Of a stretch of 64,000 nucleotides of DNA, positions 1 through 12,645 are shown in pieces. Origin of the DNA: Mobula hypostoma (Eukaryota); contig NC_086097.1 in NCBI RefSeq assembly GCF_963921235.1, positions 191,892,001-191,956,000 on the forward strand, read 5' to 3'. Made by a program: the position numbers and the translations under genes. Within the stretch, counting starts at the first letter, position 1; each line of letters begins with the position of its first letter. Under the pieces are notes generated by a model. It saw only the letters and a program-made list of their open reading frames with translations, ran no database searches and was not told the DNA's origin.

Positions 1-1831
1 TATTTTCACACTGTTTTGAGATTTTTGGGACATTCCTTGGCATCCTTACCCGTAATAATTATGCCATCCAGGTAACAGTAACTGCTTGGGCAGCCTTGTA
101 AAACCTGATTCATAGCTTTCTGCCATGGTGCAAGTGAGGTACTACTCCAAAAATAAGCCTATTATAACAATAAAGCCCTTTGTGAGGGTTTATGATTAGA
201 AACACCTTGGACTCTTCTTCCATCTTCATCTGTAAGTAAGTCTCAACTAAGTCCACTTTGCTGTGAACTTTTCCTCCAGAAAAGTTTTCAAAGATATCCT
301 CTATCCTGGGCAGAGGGTATTGATCTACTTTCAGTACAGGGTTGATGTTAACCTTAAAATCACCACAGATCCTGAAATACCCATCCTTCTTGGATTTTGG
401 AACTACTGGTGTTGCTATGTCCTCCACTCACCTTGAAAAGAACTTCTTCAGCCTCCATTTGATTTAGCTCACTGGCTACTTTATCACAGATGGTATAAGG
501 AACCAGATAGGCTTTGTAAAACTTGGTTGTGGCATTTTCTTTTAATACTCTTTTCTCCTTGATATGCTTGAGTTTTCCAAGGCCATCCTTGAACACTACT
601 GTGGCATCAACCAGTATTATGAATGTCATCCCCATAGGAGTTATCTTTTATCCAGTATAAGTTCTTAGTTAGATAGGCTTCATTTCAGTATCTTTGAAAT
701 GCCATTGACACTCATTTTGAGGAATGACAGACACAGCTGAGTCAGTGTCCAATTCCATTTTAATTAATTTGCTGTTCACTTCTGGTGTAAGCCATTTTGT
801 TTGTCTCTTGTTAGTTTTCACATTGCACATCTCAAGGCTAGCAGTCCTGTGTCACTCTTACCATTATCAGATTTTTCATCAACAACATGGAGATGGAGGA
901 AATGTGCTTTTTGAAGCTGCAACTCGATTTTTCTCTTCCCCTGCAGTCCATTTAAACTGGCATTGGTCTTATGTATGTGAGCCTCTACCACAATGGTAGC
1001 ACAATTTGCTTGGCTAGGCAGGTTTCTGTTCAGACTTTGCAATTTTGTTCACATTCACTTTTATTCCTGACTGTAATTCAATTGTGTCTTTGGCTGCTGT
1101 TTCCATAAATACCGCAACTTCAACTGCTCTTTTAAATGTGAGTTGTGCTTCAGTTAGGAGCTCTTTTTGAACATTTTCTGCTAAAATTCCACAAATAAAG
1201 CGATCTCTCAGTGCATCATTAAGCCCATCACTGAACTGACAGTACTCAGACAATTTCTTCAATTCATCTGCATGAGCTGAAATGGACTCCCCTCCCATTT
1301 GATTCCACTTATCATAACCTAACGTGTTCTGTAATCAACAATGGTTTCTGTTCTAAATGTTCCTACATTACATTCATGATATCAGCAAAGTTCATTTCAG
1401 CTTGCTAGTTCATAGCAGTTAAACTTCCAAGCAAACTGTATGCTTTTCCAGCAATTATGATTAGCAAAACTCTCATTTACTTATCACTGACTATTTCATT
1501 TGCTTCATAATGCTTCTCAATTCATTTGGTATACATCAACCATTTATCTCTTGTGCAATCAAATGTGTCTATCTTTCCGCTATAGCCAGCCACTTCTGCT
1601 TTTTAAATGTATTGTAACTATCACTAGGTACTCCCCGTTTAGGAACCCCTGGCTGTTCCCATTGCTTGTTAACTTCACCCATTTTTTACCTTTTTTTAAA
1701 AAATTCAACCATTTCTCTCCCCTTCTGAAGAAACGTGTTGCATTTTTTTTAACTTGAATGCTTCTCTCACCTTGCAAAGAAATGTGCTGTGTTTCACATG
1801 AAAACAAGATCTGCTGTGCTACCTCACCAAA
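1..1831 (-). mobile_element. Degenerate Ty3/Gypsy LTR retrotransposon (gag, protease, RT), running off the window start
   Basis: RT motifs RICGDFKVNINPVLKVDQYPLPRIEDIF and INPHKGLYCYNRLIFGV (110-427); gag-like LSEYCQFSDGLNDALRDRFICG (1014-1298); many stops and frameshifts; same family as 30355-35935. Confidence 0.9.
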
Positions 1832-1839
1832 GGTATGAT

Positions 1840-2771
1840 TTATCTTGTCCCCACCTATCACTACGTTGGTCTTCATATCCAGCACATTATTCTCCATAAC
1901 TTCTGCCATCTTCGACAGGGTTCAACCACCAAACACATCTTTCCCTCCCTCCCATGTTTCACTTTCTGCGGGGATTTCTCCCTATACAACTCCCTGGTCC
2001 ATTCGTCCCTCCCCACTGACTTCTGTCCAGATTCTTATCCTTGCAAGCGGAACAAGTGTCATACCTTTCCCTACACCTCCTGCCTCACTACCATTCAGGA
2101 CCCTGACCAGTCCTTTCAGGTGAGGTGACACTTCATCAGTTTGTCTGTTGGGATCATCTACTGTAACCAGTATTGCCAGTGTGGCCTCCCGTATATTAAT
2201 GTGACCCAACATAAATTGGGAGACCACTTCACTGAACCCCTACACTCCATCCACCAGGAAAAAATTGCATCTCCCAGTGGCCACCCATTTCAATTCTACT
2301 TCCCATTCCTATTCTGACACATCAGTCCATGTCTTCTTGTACTGCCGCGATGAGGTCACACTCGGGTTGGAGGAGCACCACCTTATATTCTGTCTGCGTA
2401 GCCTCCAACCTGATGGCATAAACATCAATCTCTTAAACTTCTGGTAATTGCCCTCCTCATCATCATTCCCCATTCCTGTTTCCCTCTCTCACCTGATCTC
2501 CGTACCTGCCCATCACCTCCCTCTGGTGCTCCTTCCCCTTCCCTTTCTTCGATGGACTTCTCCCCACTCCTATCAGATTTCCCCTCCCCCAGCCCTTTTT
2601 CTCTTTCACCAATCAACTTCCTAGCCCTTTACTTCAACCCTTCCCCTTCTCCCAGTTTCACCCATTACCTACCACATTGCACTTCTTCCTCCTCTTCCCC
2701 CACTTTCTTGTTCTGACTTCTTACCTTTTTTTTTCCAATCCTGATGAAGGGTCCTGGCCCAAAACATTGAC
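1840..2771 (+). mobile_element. Penelope-like element 3' fragment (GIY-YIG region plus terminal repeat with decayed hammerhead)
   Basis: PVATHFNSTSHS...LEEHHLIFCLRSLQPDGINI (2265-2447); ends with CTGATGAAGGGTCCTGGCCCAAAACATTGAC (2741-2771). Confidence 0.88.
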
Positions 2772-2849
2772 AATATTAGTCAAATATGACTGAGATACTG
2801 AATACACTACAACAATAAAAGAGCAGATGGTAGATGTGCTAACTATATT

Positions 2850-3075
2850 TCACACCTGTCACCATGCTGGTGCATACAAATCAATAAGGTGCATGTGACA
2901 CCATTACATACTGTATGTGACACAATAATATGATGCAGATCTTACCATAATGCCACATTGGTAACAATAACGATGCACGTGATAATCATATGCCACATGT
3001 GTTTCAATAGTGATTCACACGATGATAATATGGTGCACCTGTTGTCTTAACAAAGTGAATGACACAGCAATGACT
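2850..3075. repeat. Degenerate minisatellite, unit about 20 bp (AATAATGATGCACATGTGAC-like)
   Basis: Recurring units such as aataaggtgcatgtgac, aataacgatgcacgtgat, aatagtgattcacacgatgat, aataatggtgcacctg. Confidence 0.5.
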
Positions 3076-3162
3076 CATGACTTAGCCCTATAACTCTGTT
3101 TTCCATTCCCCAGATTAGTTTAAAACCCCCAACAGCTCCAGCAAACCTGCCGAAAGGATAAA

Positions 3163-3915
3163 CAAGGGAAAATCTGCAGATGCTGCAGCAACTCAGCAGG
3201 CCAGGCAGCATCTATGGAAAAGAGTACGGTCAATGTTTCGGGCTGAGACCCTTCAGCAGGACTGGAGAAAAAAAGGGATGAGGAATAGATTTAAAAGATG
3301 GGGGAGAGAAGAGAGAAATACAAGATGATAGGTGAAACTGGGAGGGGGAGGGATGGAGTAAAGAGCTGGGAAGTTGATTGGTGAAAGAGATACAAGGCTG
3401 GAGAAGGGGGAAATCTGATAAGAGAGGACAGAAGGTCATGGAAGAAAGAAATAGAGGGAGGAGCATCAGAGAGAGGTGATGGGTGGGCAAGGAGATAAGG
3501 TGAGAGAGGGAAAAGGGGATGGGGAATGGCGAAGCTGGAGGAGCTGGGGGGCATTACTGGAAGTTCAAGAAATCAGTATAAATGCCATCAGGTGGGAGAC
3601 TACCCAGACAGAATATAAGGTGTTGTTCCTTCAACCTGAGTGTGGCTTCATCACAACAGTAGATTGCCACATCGGAATGGGAATGGGAAGTGGAATTAAA
3701 ATAAGGGGCCTCTGGGAGATCCTGCTTCTTCAGGCGGATGGAGCATAGGTGCTCGGTGAAGCGGTCTCCCAATCTACACTGGGTCTCACCGATATACAGG
3801 AGGCTGCACCGGACCCAGTATATGACCCCAACAGACTCGCAGGTGAAGTGTCGCCTCATCTGAAAGGACTGTTTAGGACCCTGAATGGCAGTGAAGGAGG
3901 AGGTGTAGGGGTAAC
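3163..3915 (-). mobile_element. Penelope-like element 3' fragment
   Basis: ORF 3554-3937 GVIYWVRCSLLYIGETQCRLGDRFTEHL (GIY-YIG); terminal repeat with mutated hammerhead core at about 3228-3263. Confidence 0.9.
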
Positions 3916-3963
3916 ACACTGGGAGCACCAGACACATATGACCTCAAAAGGCTCACGGGCTAT

Positions 3964-4043
3964 TGTCTGTTGGTTGCAATGAGGGATTTCACATACAAGA
4001 TGGAAAGGATACTGGGCACACTTGTTCTAGTGCTCTGAAGAAA
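3964..4043 (+). repeat. Arm 1 of an 80-bp inverted repeat (partner 6653-6732)
   Basis: Matches the reverse complement of 6653-6732 with about 9 mismatches by manual alignment. Confidence 0.85.
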
Positions 4044-4304
4044 CACATCCTTTCATACAGGTCATACCTTTCCTAGAAGAGATCCCAATGATCTAGAAAT
4101 CTGAAACTTTGCCCCCAGCAGCAATTCCTCAGCCTTGCGCTTATCTGCCAAATCATCCTACTATTACCTTCACTGGCATGAGGCGCAGGCAGCAATCCAG
4201 TGCTTACAACCCTGGAAGTCCTGCTTCTCAGCTTTCTACCTAGCTGCCTATATTCTTTCTCCAGGACCTGCTCCCTTTTCCTACTTCTCTATGACTCCTT
4301 GAAA

Positions 4305-5760
4305 TAAGTACAGTACAGAAACAGGCCCTTTGACCCATCTAGTCCATGCCAAAACAATTTAAGCTACCTACTCCAATTGACCTGCAGCAAGACCATTGCC
4401 CTCCATATTCCTACTATCAATGTACCTATCCAAACTTCTCTTAAATGTTGAATTTGAGCTTGCACGCATCCACTTGTGCTGGCAATTCATTCCACACTCT
4501 CACAATCCTCTGTGTGAAGAAGTTTCCCCTCAGTTCCCCTTAAATTTTTCACCTTTCACTCTTAACCCATGGCCTCTGGTTGTAGTCCTACCCAACTTCA
4601 ATAGAGAAACGCGGCTTGCATTTATTCTATCTATATTGCTCATAATTGTGTATACCTCTCAAATCTCCGCTCAATCTTCTATGTTCAACAGAATACAGTC
4701 ATAACCTATTAGAATAGATTATTAGATTATGAGGACACTCAGTCCTCCTTTATTGTCATTTAGAAATGCATGCATGCATTAAGAAATGATACAATGTTTC
4801 TCCAGAGCGATATCACAAAAAAACCAGGACAAACCAAAGACTAACACTGACAAGACCACATAATTATAACATATAGTTACAGCAGTGCAAAGCAATACCA
4901 TAATTTGATAAAGAGCAGACCATGGGAACGATAAAAAAAATCTCAAAGTTCCAATCGACTCCCGATAGCAGGTGGCAGAAGGGAGAAACTCTCTCTGCCA
5001 TAAACCAACAGGCACCAACAACTGTCGATGCATTGGAAGCACCCGACCACAGCTGACTCTGAGTCCGTCCGAAAACTTCGAGCCTCCAACCAGCCCTTTG
5101 ACACCAAGCACCGGGCACCACCTCTGCAGAGCGCTTTGACCCCGTCCCGGCTGCCGAGCCAAAAGCAAAGCCGAGGACTCAATCTTTCCTTATAACCCAG
5201 GTCCTCCAGACCCAGCAATATCCTTGTAAATTTTCTCTGCAGTCTTTCAACCTTGTTTACATTTTTCTGGTAGGTAGGTGACCAAAGCTGCACACAATAT
5301 TCCGGATTAGGCCTCAGCAATGTCTTATACAACTTCAACTTAACATCCCATCTTCTGTACTCAATATATAGATTCATGAAGGCCAATGTGCCAAAAGCTT
5401 TCTTACAACCCTATCTACCTGTGATGCCACTTTCAACAAATTCCCTCTATTCCTAGATTCTTTTATTCTACCACACCCCTCAGTGCCCCGACATTCATAA
5501 GACCTACCCTGGTTGGTCTTACTGAGTGGAAAACCTCACACTTGTCTCCATGAAATTCCATCTTCCATTTTTCCAGCTAATGCAGATCCCCCTGCAAGCC
5601 ATGATAGCCTTCCTCACTGTCCACTACACACCCAGTCATGGTGTTATCCACAAATTTGTTAATCCACTTATCAACATTATCATCTAGATCGTTGATATAG
5701 TTGGCAAACAACAAAGGACCCAACACCAGTCCCTGCAACACACCACTAGTTGATACGTAC
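4305..5760 (-). mobile_element. CR1 LINE ORF2 RT/3' remnant, interrupted at 4708-5180
   Basis: SGVLQGLVLGPLLFANYINDLD...KFVDNT (5577-5765); LYKTLLRPNPEYCVQLWSP (in ORF 4943-5386). Confidence 0.85.
4708..5180 (-). mobile_element. Short non-coding retroposon (SINE or LINE 3' UTR) inserted into CR1
   Basis: Splits a colinear CR1; simple-repeat tail (TAGAT)n on +; hairpin GAGGAC-ACTCA-GTCCTC at 4731-4747. Confidence 0.55.
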
Positions 5761-5769
5761 CACAATTTC

Positions 5770-6330
5770 CAGCTGCTCAGTCCTATGCTTTAGAATGCTG
5801 TGGACATCTGAGATGTCCCTGATGGTGGTATCCTGGGGACAGCATAGCATTCTCAAGTCTTTTTTATAATCACATCTATGAAATCCCCTATCACTACTGC
5901 CCGCTCACTTCTCCCCTTCATTTCTGAGCCACAGAGACAACTTAGTGCTACAGACCAGGTCGATCAGGTTGACTTGGCTTCAGCCTGGTAGGTTGTCCCC
6001 TGCACCCCCCCTCCCCCACGGTATCCAAACTGGTATACTTATTATTGAGGGGAATGGCCAAAATTACTGCCTCTCCTAACAGCCACCTGGATATCCAGGT
6101 ACCCGCCTCCTGCAACTTACTTAGCTGTAGCTCCTATCTGTCAGCTCATCATTCTCCCAGATTTAGTTACCAGAGTTTCCACATCTCACACGAACAACAC
6201 ACCAATAACCGCGGCCCCATTCTAACCACATTAGTTACAGTATATGCTAGTAGACAAAGAAAGAGATAAAAACTTACTAGAAACTTACTTAGAGCCTCCG
6301 TTTGTTCTCGCCCAAGCCTATTGAGCCAAA
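5770..6330 (-). mobile_element. CR1 5' region/ORF1 remnants (related pieces at about 3080-3162 and 4050-4290)
   Basis: Minus strand encodes AIPLNNKYTSLDTV, which resembles CR1 ORF1; heavily decayed. Confidence 0.5.
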
Positions 6331-6652
6331 GTCTGCCACTCTGACACTGTCCTCTCCAACAATGGCTACCCCTACAATGGATGCTCCACTTATATCTTGC
6401 TTCTTTTTAGTGGCCTTTGCCATTTTCCAGATGTGGCAGTATGGAGTGGAAGGCAAAGGTTATGGCATCTGTATGAACCGATTTGAGGAAGAATGATTCA
6501 TTCATATCATTCAAATATATTCAAATCATTCATTGATATATTCATGGCTCTGCTATTGTCAGGAGGGGGATTGACTCAAGTGCAGTTAACAGCCCTGTGT
6601 CTATGGAAGTGCTTATATAAGTATTGTATACATATCTTAATAAGGTAATTTA

Positions 6653-6732
6653 TTTCTTCAGAGCACTGCAACAAGTATGCCCGGTATCCTTTCCATCTTG
6701 ATTGTGAAATCTCTCATTGTAACCAATAGACA
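6653..6732 (-). repeat. Arm 2 of the 80-bp inverted repeat (partner 3964-4043)
   Basis: Manual reverse-complement alignment. Confidence 0.85.
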
Positions 6733-7857
6733 GCTAAGAGAGCAAAAAAAAACAGGACTCTCTCCTTCATATTATCACATCAGATCCTCTGATCTCATGA
6801 CATGTACAGACTCAAGTTACTAGAAAGTGCATCACATAGGCACATTTTAAATTGAAAGCTGAAAAGAGATTGAGAGATACGATTGCTTGATCTGTGTGGG
6901 ATAGAATTGAATCCTTTTTTTGTACGGTGACATCAGTAAGTGTGCAATAGGTGTTGAACCTCATTGTTGCAATGTTGAAGTGAACATTCAGTACTTTGCA
7001 ATGAATCGGGAGAAAGAAGGATGTCCTGATCATAAATCAATGAGAAGGCCTTACTAGAGCTTTACAGGACACTGTACATTCTTCTCTAATGGATTGAGTT
7101 CAACAGTTTCTGAGAGATATTACGTAATTATTATGTGCTACACAGCAGATCTGAGGCTGTAAATAGAGATGGTTTATAGCTAGTTCTCCACTTAGTCTGT
7201 GAAATTGCTTCGTGGTCCTCTTCACTCATGAAGGCAGCTGAGCCTGAAACAGTGAAGTCAGTCATTCTGCTACATCAAATCAAATTCAGATTTAATTATC
7301 ATCCAATCGTCCATGAATACAGCCAAACAAAACAGTGTTCCTCTGGGGCCAAGGTGCAAAACATATACAGCACATTCAAACATATATTTGACATTGCTAC
7401 TGCAATGCTAATGTGGCAATAAATGCATCAACACGACTGGAATGCAACATCAAGCCTCAAAGAGCTGTAGACATTAAAGGGCCTTCTGTAACCTGAGACA
7501 CTGTCAAAGTGCCCAATATGCTGAAAACTTTGATGGGTCTCTGAAGGGTCTGATGAGTTCTAGTTTCTTTGGGTATTGGGTATCCAACCAGCCCAATAAT
7601 TCCTATGAATTTCTACCACTGATACATGATGTCCAATTATCAATCAAATTTGCAGGGTTCCTGTGTCTATTTCACTATTCCCACTGAAAGATAATCCAAT
7701 TCATGTCTCTATATGAAGGCAAAGGCATAAAGTGACATCACTCTATGAGCTCATTCTGTGGCAGATAAGCACACCATTAGAGGGCTTCAACCCAAAAAAT
7801 CAATAGTTCCTTTCTTCCCATAGACCTGCTCGACCCGCTGAGTCCCTGCAACAGATT

Positions 7858-7925
<68 letters not shown>

Positions 7926-7945
7926 ACACGCACACACACACACAA

Positions 7946-8011
<66 letters not shown>
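7858..8011. repeat. (CA)n microsatellite with CAAA interruptions
   Basis: Directly visible. Confidence 0.99.
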
Positions 8012-8013
<2 letters not shown>

Positions 8014-8371
8014 CACGCGTGCATGGCATGTCAATCGTTGTCTCTGCTCCTGCTTGACGGTTCAAGTAAAATTTAAACGCGGCAAGCAAAATTTCTGGAT
8101 AGCTAGTAATATTAAAAATAAGTTTCCACAGCTCAAGGAGAAAGCAAAGTTGATCTTAATTAGATTTCTCACCTCTTATCTAGCTGAATGTGGTTTTAGT
8201 CAAGCTGTTCACCTGCTAACAAAAGCTCATAACCATCTTGATGTTGTGAAAAGAGGTGATATTTTCATTATATTTAATCAACTTGCAACCAAATATTTAA
8301 AACCTCGCTATATTGTATCAGTCATAAGGATCTCACAAAATACCCGAAGTAACCATATTAATATTAATGTA

Positions 8372-10162
8372 TTGGATGTCCAGTCCCTATATACTTCCAT
8401 CCCCCATCAGGAAGGTCTCAAAGCTCTCCGCTTCTTTTTGGATTCCAGACCTAACCAGTTCCCCTCTACCACCACTCTGCTCTGTCTAGTGGAGTTAGAC
8501 CTTACCCTGAATAATTTCTCTTTTGGCTCCTCCCACTTCCTCCAGACTAAAGGTGTAGCTATGGGCACCCATATGGGTCCTAGCTATGCATGCCTTTTTG
8601 TTCGCTTTGTGGAACAATCTATGTTCCAAACTTATTCTGGTATCTGTCCCCCACTTTTCCTTCGCTACATCGATGACTGCATTGGCGCTGCTTCCTGCAC
8701 GCATGCTGAGCTCGTTGACTTCCTTAACTTTTCCTCCATTGTTCACCCTGCCCTCAAGTTTACCTGATCCATTTCCGACACTTCCCTCCCCTTTCTAGAT
8801 CTTTCTGTCTCTATTTCTGGAGACAGCTTATCTACTGATGTCTACCATAAGCCTACTGACTCTCACAGCTATCTGGACGATTCCTCTTCTCACCCTGTTT
8901 CTTGCAAAAATGCCACCCCCTTCTCGCAATTCCTCCGTCTCCGCCACATCTGCTCTCAAGATGAGGCTTTTCATTCCAGGACAAGGGAGATGTCCTCCTT
9001 TTTTAAAGAAAGGGGCTTCCCTTCCTCCACCATCAACTCTGCTCTCAAACGCATCTCCCCCATTTCATGCACATCTGCTCTCAATCCATCCTCCCACCAC
9101 CCCACTAGGAATAGGGTTCCCCTTGTCCTCACCTACCACCCCACCAGCTTCTGGGGCCAAAATATAATTCTCCGTAACTTCCGCCACCTCCAACGGGATC
9201 CCACCACTAAACACATCTTTCCCTCCCCTCCCCCCCCGCTTTCTGCAGGGATTGCTCCCTACGCGACTCCTTTGTCCATTCGTCCCCCCCTCATCCCTCC
9301 CCACGATCTCCCTCTTGGCACTTGTCCTTGTAAGAGCGACAAGCGCTACATATGCCCTTACACTTCCTCCCTCACTACCATTAAGGGTCCCAGACAGTCC
9401 TTTTAGGTGAGGCGACACTTCACCTGTGAGTTGGCTGGGGTGATATACTGTGTCCGATGCTCCGGATGTGGCCTTCTATATATTGGCGAGACCCGACGCA
9501 GACTGGGAGATCGTTTCGCTGAACACCTATGCTCTCTCCACCAGAGAAAGCAGGATCTCCCAGTGGCCACACATTTTAATTCCATGTCCCATTCCCATTC
9601 TGATATGTCTATCCACGGCCTCCTCTACTGTAAAGATGAAGCCACACTCAGGTTGGAGGAACAACACCTTATATTCCGTCTGGGTAGCCTCCAACCTGAT
9701 GGCATGAACATTGACTTCTCAAACTTCCGCTAATGCCCCACCTCCCCCTCGTACCCCATCTGTTATTTATTTATATACACACATTCTTTTTCTCTCTCTC
9801 CTTTTCCTCCCTCTGTCCCCCTCACCATACCCCTTGCCCGTCCTCTGGTTTTCCTCCCCCTCCCCCTTTTCTTTCTCCCTAGGCCTCCAGTCCCATGATC
9901 CTCCCATATCCCTTTTGCCAATCAACTGTCCAGCTCTTGGCTCCATCCCTCCCCCTCCTGCCTTCTCCTATCGTTTTGGATCTCCCCCTCCCCCTCTCAC
10001 TTTCAAATCTCTTACTAGCTCTTCTTTTAGTTAGCCCTGACGAAGGGTCTCGGCCCGAAACGTCGACTGCACCTCTTCGTAGAGATGCTGCCTGGCCTGC
10101 TGCATTCACCAGCAACTTTGATGTGTGTTGCTTGAAATTCCAGCATCTGTAGATTTCCTCGT
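8372..10162 (+). mobile_element. 5'-truncated Penelope-like element (Neptune-like): RT, Cys-rich linker, GIY-YIG endonuclease, terminal repeat
   Basis: DVQSLYTSIP, KGVAMGTHMGPSYA, FLRYIDD; linker CPCKSDKRYICPY; GVIYCVRCSGCGLLYIGETRRRL; flanked by GTAACCATATTAA at 8349-8361 and 10163-10175. Confidence 0.95.
10033..10068 (+). ncRNA. Minimal type I hammerhead ribozyme in PLE terminal repeat
   Basis: agcc-CTGACGA-aggg tctcgg ccc-GAAACGTC-gact: core boxes intact, stem II GGG/CCC, palindromic ACGT in place of helix III, one mismatch in stem I. Confidence 0.8.
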
Positions 10163-10294
10163 GTAACCATATTAAGTACTCCTTTGTTGCTGGATAGGAG
10201 AATATTAAATATATTATAAATAAAGTATCCTATTCAGAGCTTTGAAGTAGTTTTATTTTTTATGTACACCTGTTACATTATATTTTATATAAAA

Positions 10295-11172
10295 TGTAAC
10301 CAGGTGACCGTTGGATCTTATTCAGTATTGTTAAAAGTGTACTTAGGCATCCATCCAAGTAATGCTAGAATAGTTGTCTGTGCCTTTAAGGGAGACGGTG
10401 ATGTCATTATGCACGCGCGGGATAGTGGGGAGACCATTTTGCTTTCTGCTGAAGACATGGTAGGGCATTGGAATAGAGTTCCTCCCGAGGCTGGGCATGG
10501 TGAGGAAAGGTGAGCATTAATTGACAATATCCATGTGAATTCATTTATGCTTGTTGGCGGATCGAGAATATTGGTAATTTGACATGTCTTACATGTGGAT
10601 GCTTTAGATTTTCATGAGTGAAGAAATCAACGTTGGGTAGCGTGGCTTATACCAAGTTCCTCACCATCCAAGTAGGTCAGTCTTCCTGTAATTTAACTAC
10701 CAGGTAATACCTTGTAAAAGTTGTGCCAAAGTGTATCTTTTGTCTAACTTTATTGAATCGGGACTGATTGTGCATGTAACCGCGTAACGTGAATGTTTAG
10801 TTTCTGTTCCCAAGTTCAGCACGTGTGTACGTCTTAGATGAGATGTATTCGCCTACATTTTTCGCTGTTATGTATAAGTTGCAGGGTGGGTGGGATTCTA
10901 ATGTTCTTTGTATTGTGTTCCTTCAGGATTGCCACTACCGTATTAGTACCGTATTAGTTCTGGTATTTTTTATACTGCATACGCAATTCTGTCCATACAC
11001 AAGGGTGTGGATCGAAAGTTAAACTGAGATTGTAAGGGTAAGAACTGGTTGTAAATTCATTCGTTTTGTTTTGCAACCCTCTTCTGGCATTTAAACATCG
11101 AAAACTGATAAAGGAATTAAAACCTGAAAAATGAATTTGTTGTCCTGAGTGTGTACTTTTCCCCAGGCTACA
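10295..11172 (+). mobile_element. Probable solo LTR (878 bp)
   Basis: TGTAACCAGG...CCAGGCTACA termini, AAAA on both sides (10291-10294, 11173-11176), ATTAAA about 55 nt before the end; interrupts AT-rich hAT sequence. Confidence 0.65.
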
Positions 11173-11419
11173 AAAATAATACTTATAACCTGTTAAAATG
11201 TAAGTATCAACTGTATATTAGAATAATGAGTACAGTGAACCAAAAAAAACTCTAGCAACTAATGGAGACTCAAAAAGGTTATTGAAAGTGGGCCACAAGC
11301 AGAAAAAGGTTGAGAACCACTGAGTTAAGTTTCTTTATGGCCACTTGGTGTCAGGAAAGAGCTACCACTAACATTGTCATTAATCAGATGACTACACTTA
11401 TTGTCCATTTATTGGGTGC

Positions 11420-12135
11420 AAAGTTCAAAGTAAATTTATTATCAAAGTATATATATGTCATGGTATACGACCTGGAGATTTATTTTCTTGGGGATAGTCA
11501 CAGTAAATACGAAGAAAAACAATAGAATCAATGAAAGACTGCACACAAAACGGAGAATCAATCAATGTGCACAAGACAAAAAACTGTGAAAATTAAAAAA
11601 GACAATAATAAATAAATAAACCAACAATGAATATTGGGAACCATGAGATGAAGGGTCCTTGAAAGTGAGTCCAGAGGTTTTGGGAACAATTCAATATTGG
11701 GGGCGGCGGGGGGGGAAGTTGAATGAAGTAATCGCACTGGCTCAAGAGCCTGATGGTTGAGAGGCAATATCAATTGCTGAAGGTGGTAGGGTTGGAGCTG
11801 AGGCTCCATTACCTCCCTCCTGATGGCAGTGGTGAGAAGAAAGCATGGCCTGAATGGTGTGGGTCTTTGATGATGGATGATGCGTTCCTACTACAGTTCT
11901 CCATGTAGATGTGCTCAGTGGTGGGGAGGGCTTTACCTGTGATGGCCTGGGCTGTATCCATTACTTTTTATAGGCTTTTCCATTCAAGGGCCTTGGTGCT
12001 CTATACTAGACCATGATGCAAACAGTCAATACACTCCACACCACAAATCTATAGAAGCTTGTCAAAATTTTAGATAACATGCTGAATTTTCACAAACTTG
12101 TAAGAAAACAGAGGTGCTGCGTGCTTTCTTTGTAA
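11420..12135 (-). mobile_element. Rex1/Babar-like LINE 3' remnant
   Basis: Similar to the RT C-terminal regions at 36037-36426 and 48899-49219; tail reads GTTCAAAGTAAATTTATTATCAAAG on +. Confidence 0.65.
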
Positions 12136-12139
12136 CACC

Positions 12140-12645
12140 AGTACAAATGCAAATATCTAATCAGCCAATCATGTGATAGCAACTCAATGCAATAAAGTTT
12201 CAATTGTTTTTCAGAACAAACACCATAATGGGGAAGAAATGTGAGCTATATGACTTTGACCAAATCACTTGTGCCACAAAGTGATTTCATTACTTCATTG
12301 GTTTCAGTTTCCCTTGGGTTGTCACACACAACAGTCTCTAGAGTTTCCAGAGAATAGTGGGAAAATTTTTAAAAATTTACAGTGTGCAGCAGTTCTGTGT
12401 GCAAAAATGCCTCATAAATGAGAGAGGTCAGAGGATAATGGTCAGACTGGTTCAAGCTAACAGGAAGGTGGCAGTAACTCAAATAGCCATGCATTACAAC
12501 AGCAGTGTGCTGAAGAGCATCTCTGAACATATAACACATCGAAACATGAAGTGGATGGGCTACAGCAGCAGAAGACCATGAACATACACTCAGTAGTCAC
12601 TTTATTATGTACAGAAGGTACCTAATAATGTGGCCATTGAGTGTA
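12140..12645 (+). mobile_element. Tc1/mariner deletion derivative
   Basis: Transposase HTH remnant ERGQRIMVRLVQANRKVAVTQIAMHYN...SISEHITHRNMKWMGYSSRRP; TIR pair TACACTCAGT...GAGTGTA at 12585-12645; another TIR at about 28836-28864. Confidence 0.8.

Larger units (their letters stand above)
8060..11322 (+). mobile_element. hAT (Charlie/Buster-like) transposon 3' remnant hosting a PLE and a solo LTR
   Basis: C-terminal dimerisation-like FPQLKEKAKLILIRFLTSYLAECGFSQAVHLLTKAHNHLDVVKRGD; terminal GGTTGAGAACCACTG at 11308-11322 (reverse complement of a CAGTGGTTCTCAACC TIR). Confidence 0.7.

Noticed and set aside
7777..8089. Cys/Val-rich ORFs
   Set aside because: Translations of the (CA)n microsatellite
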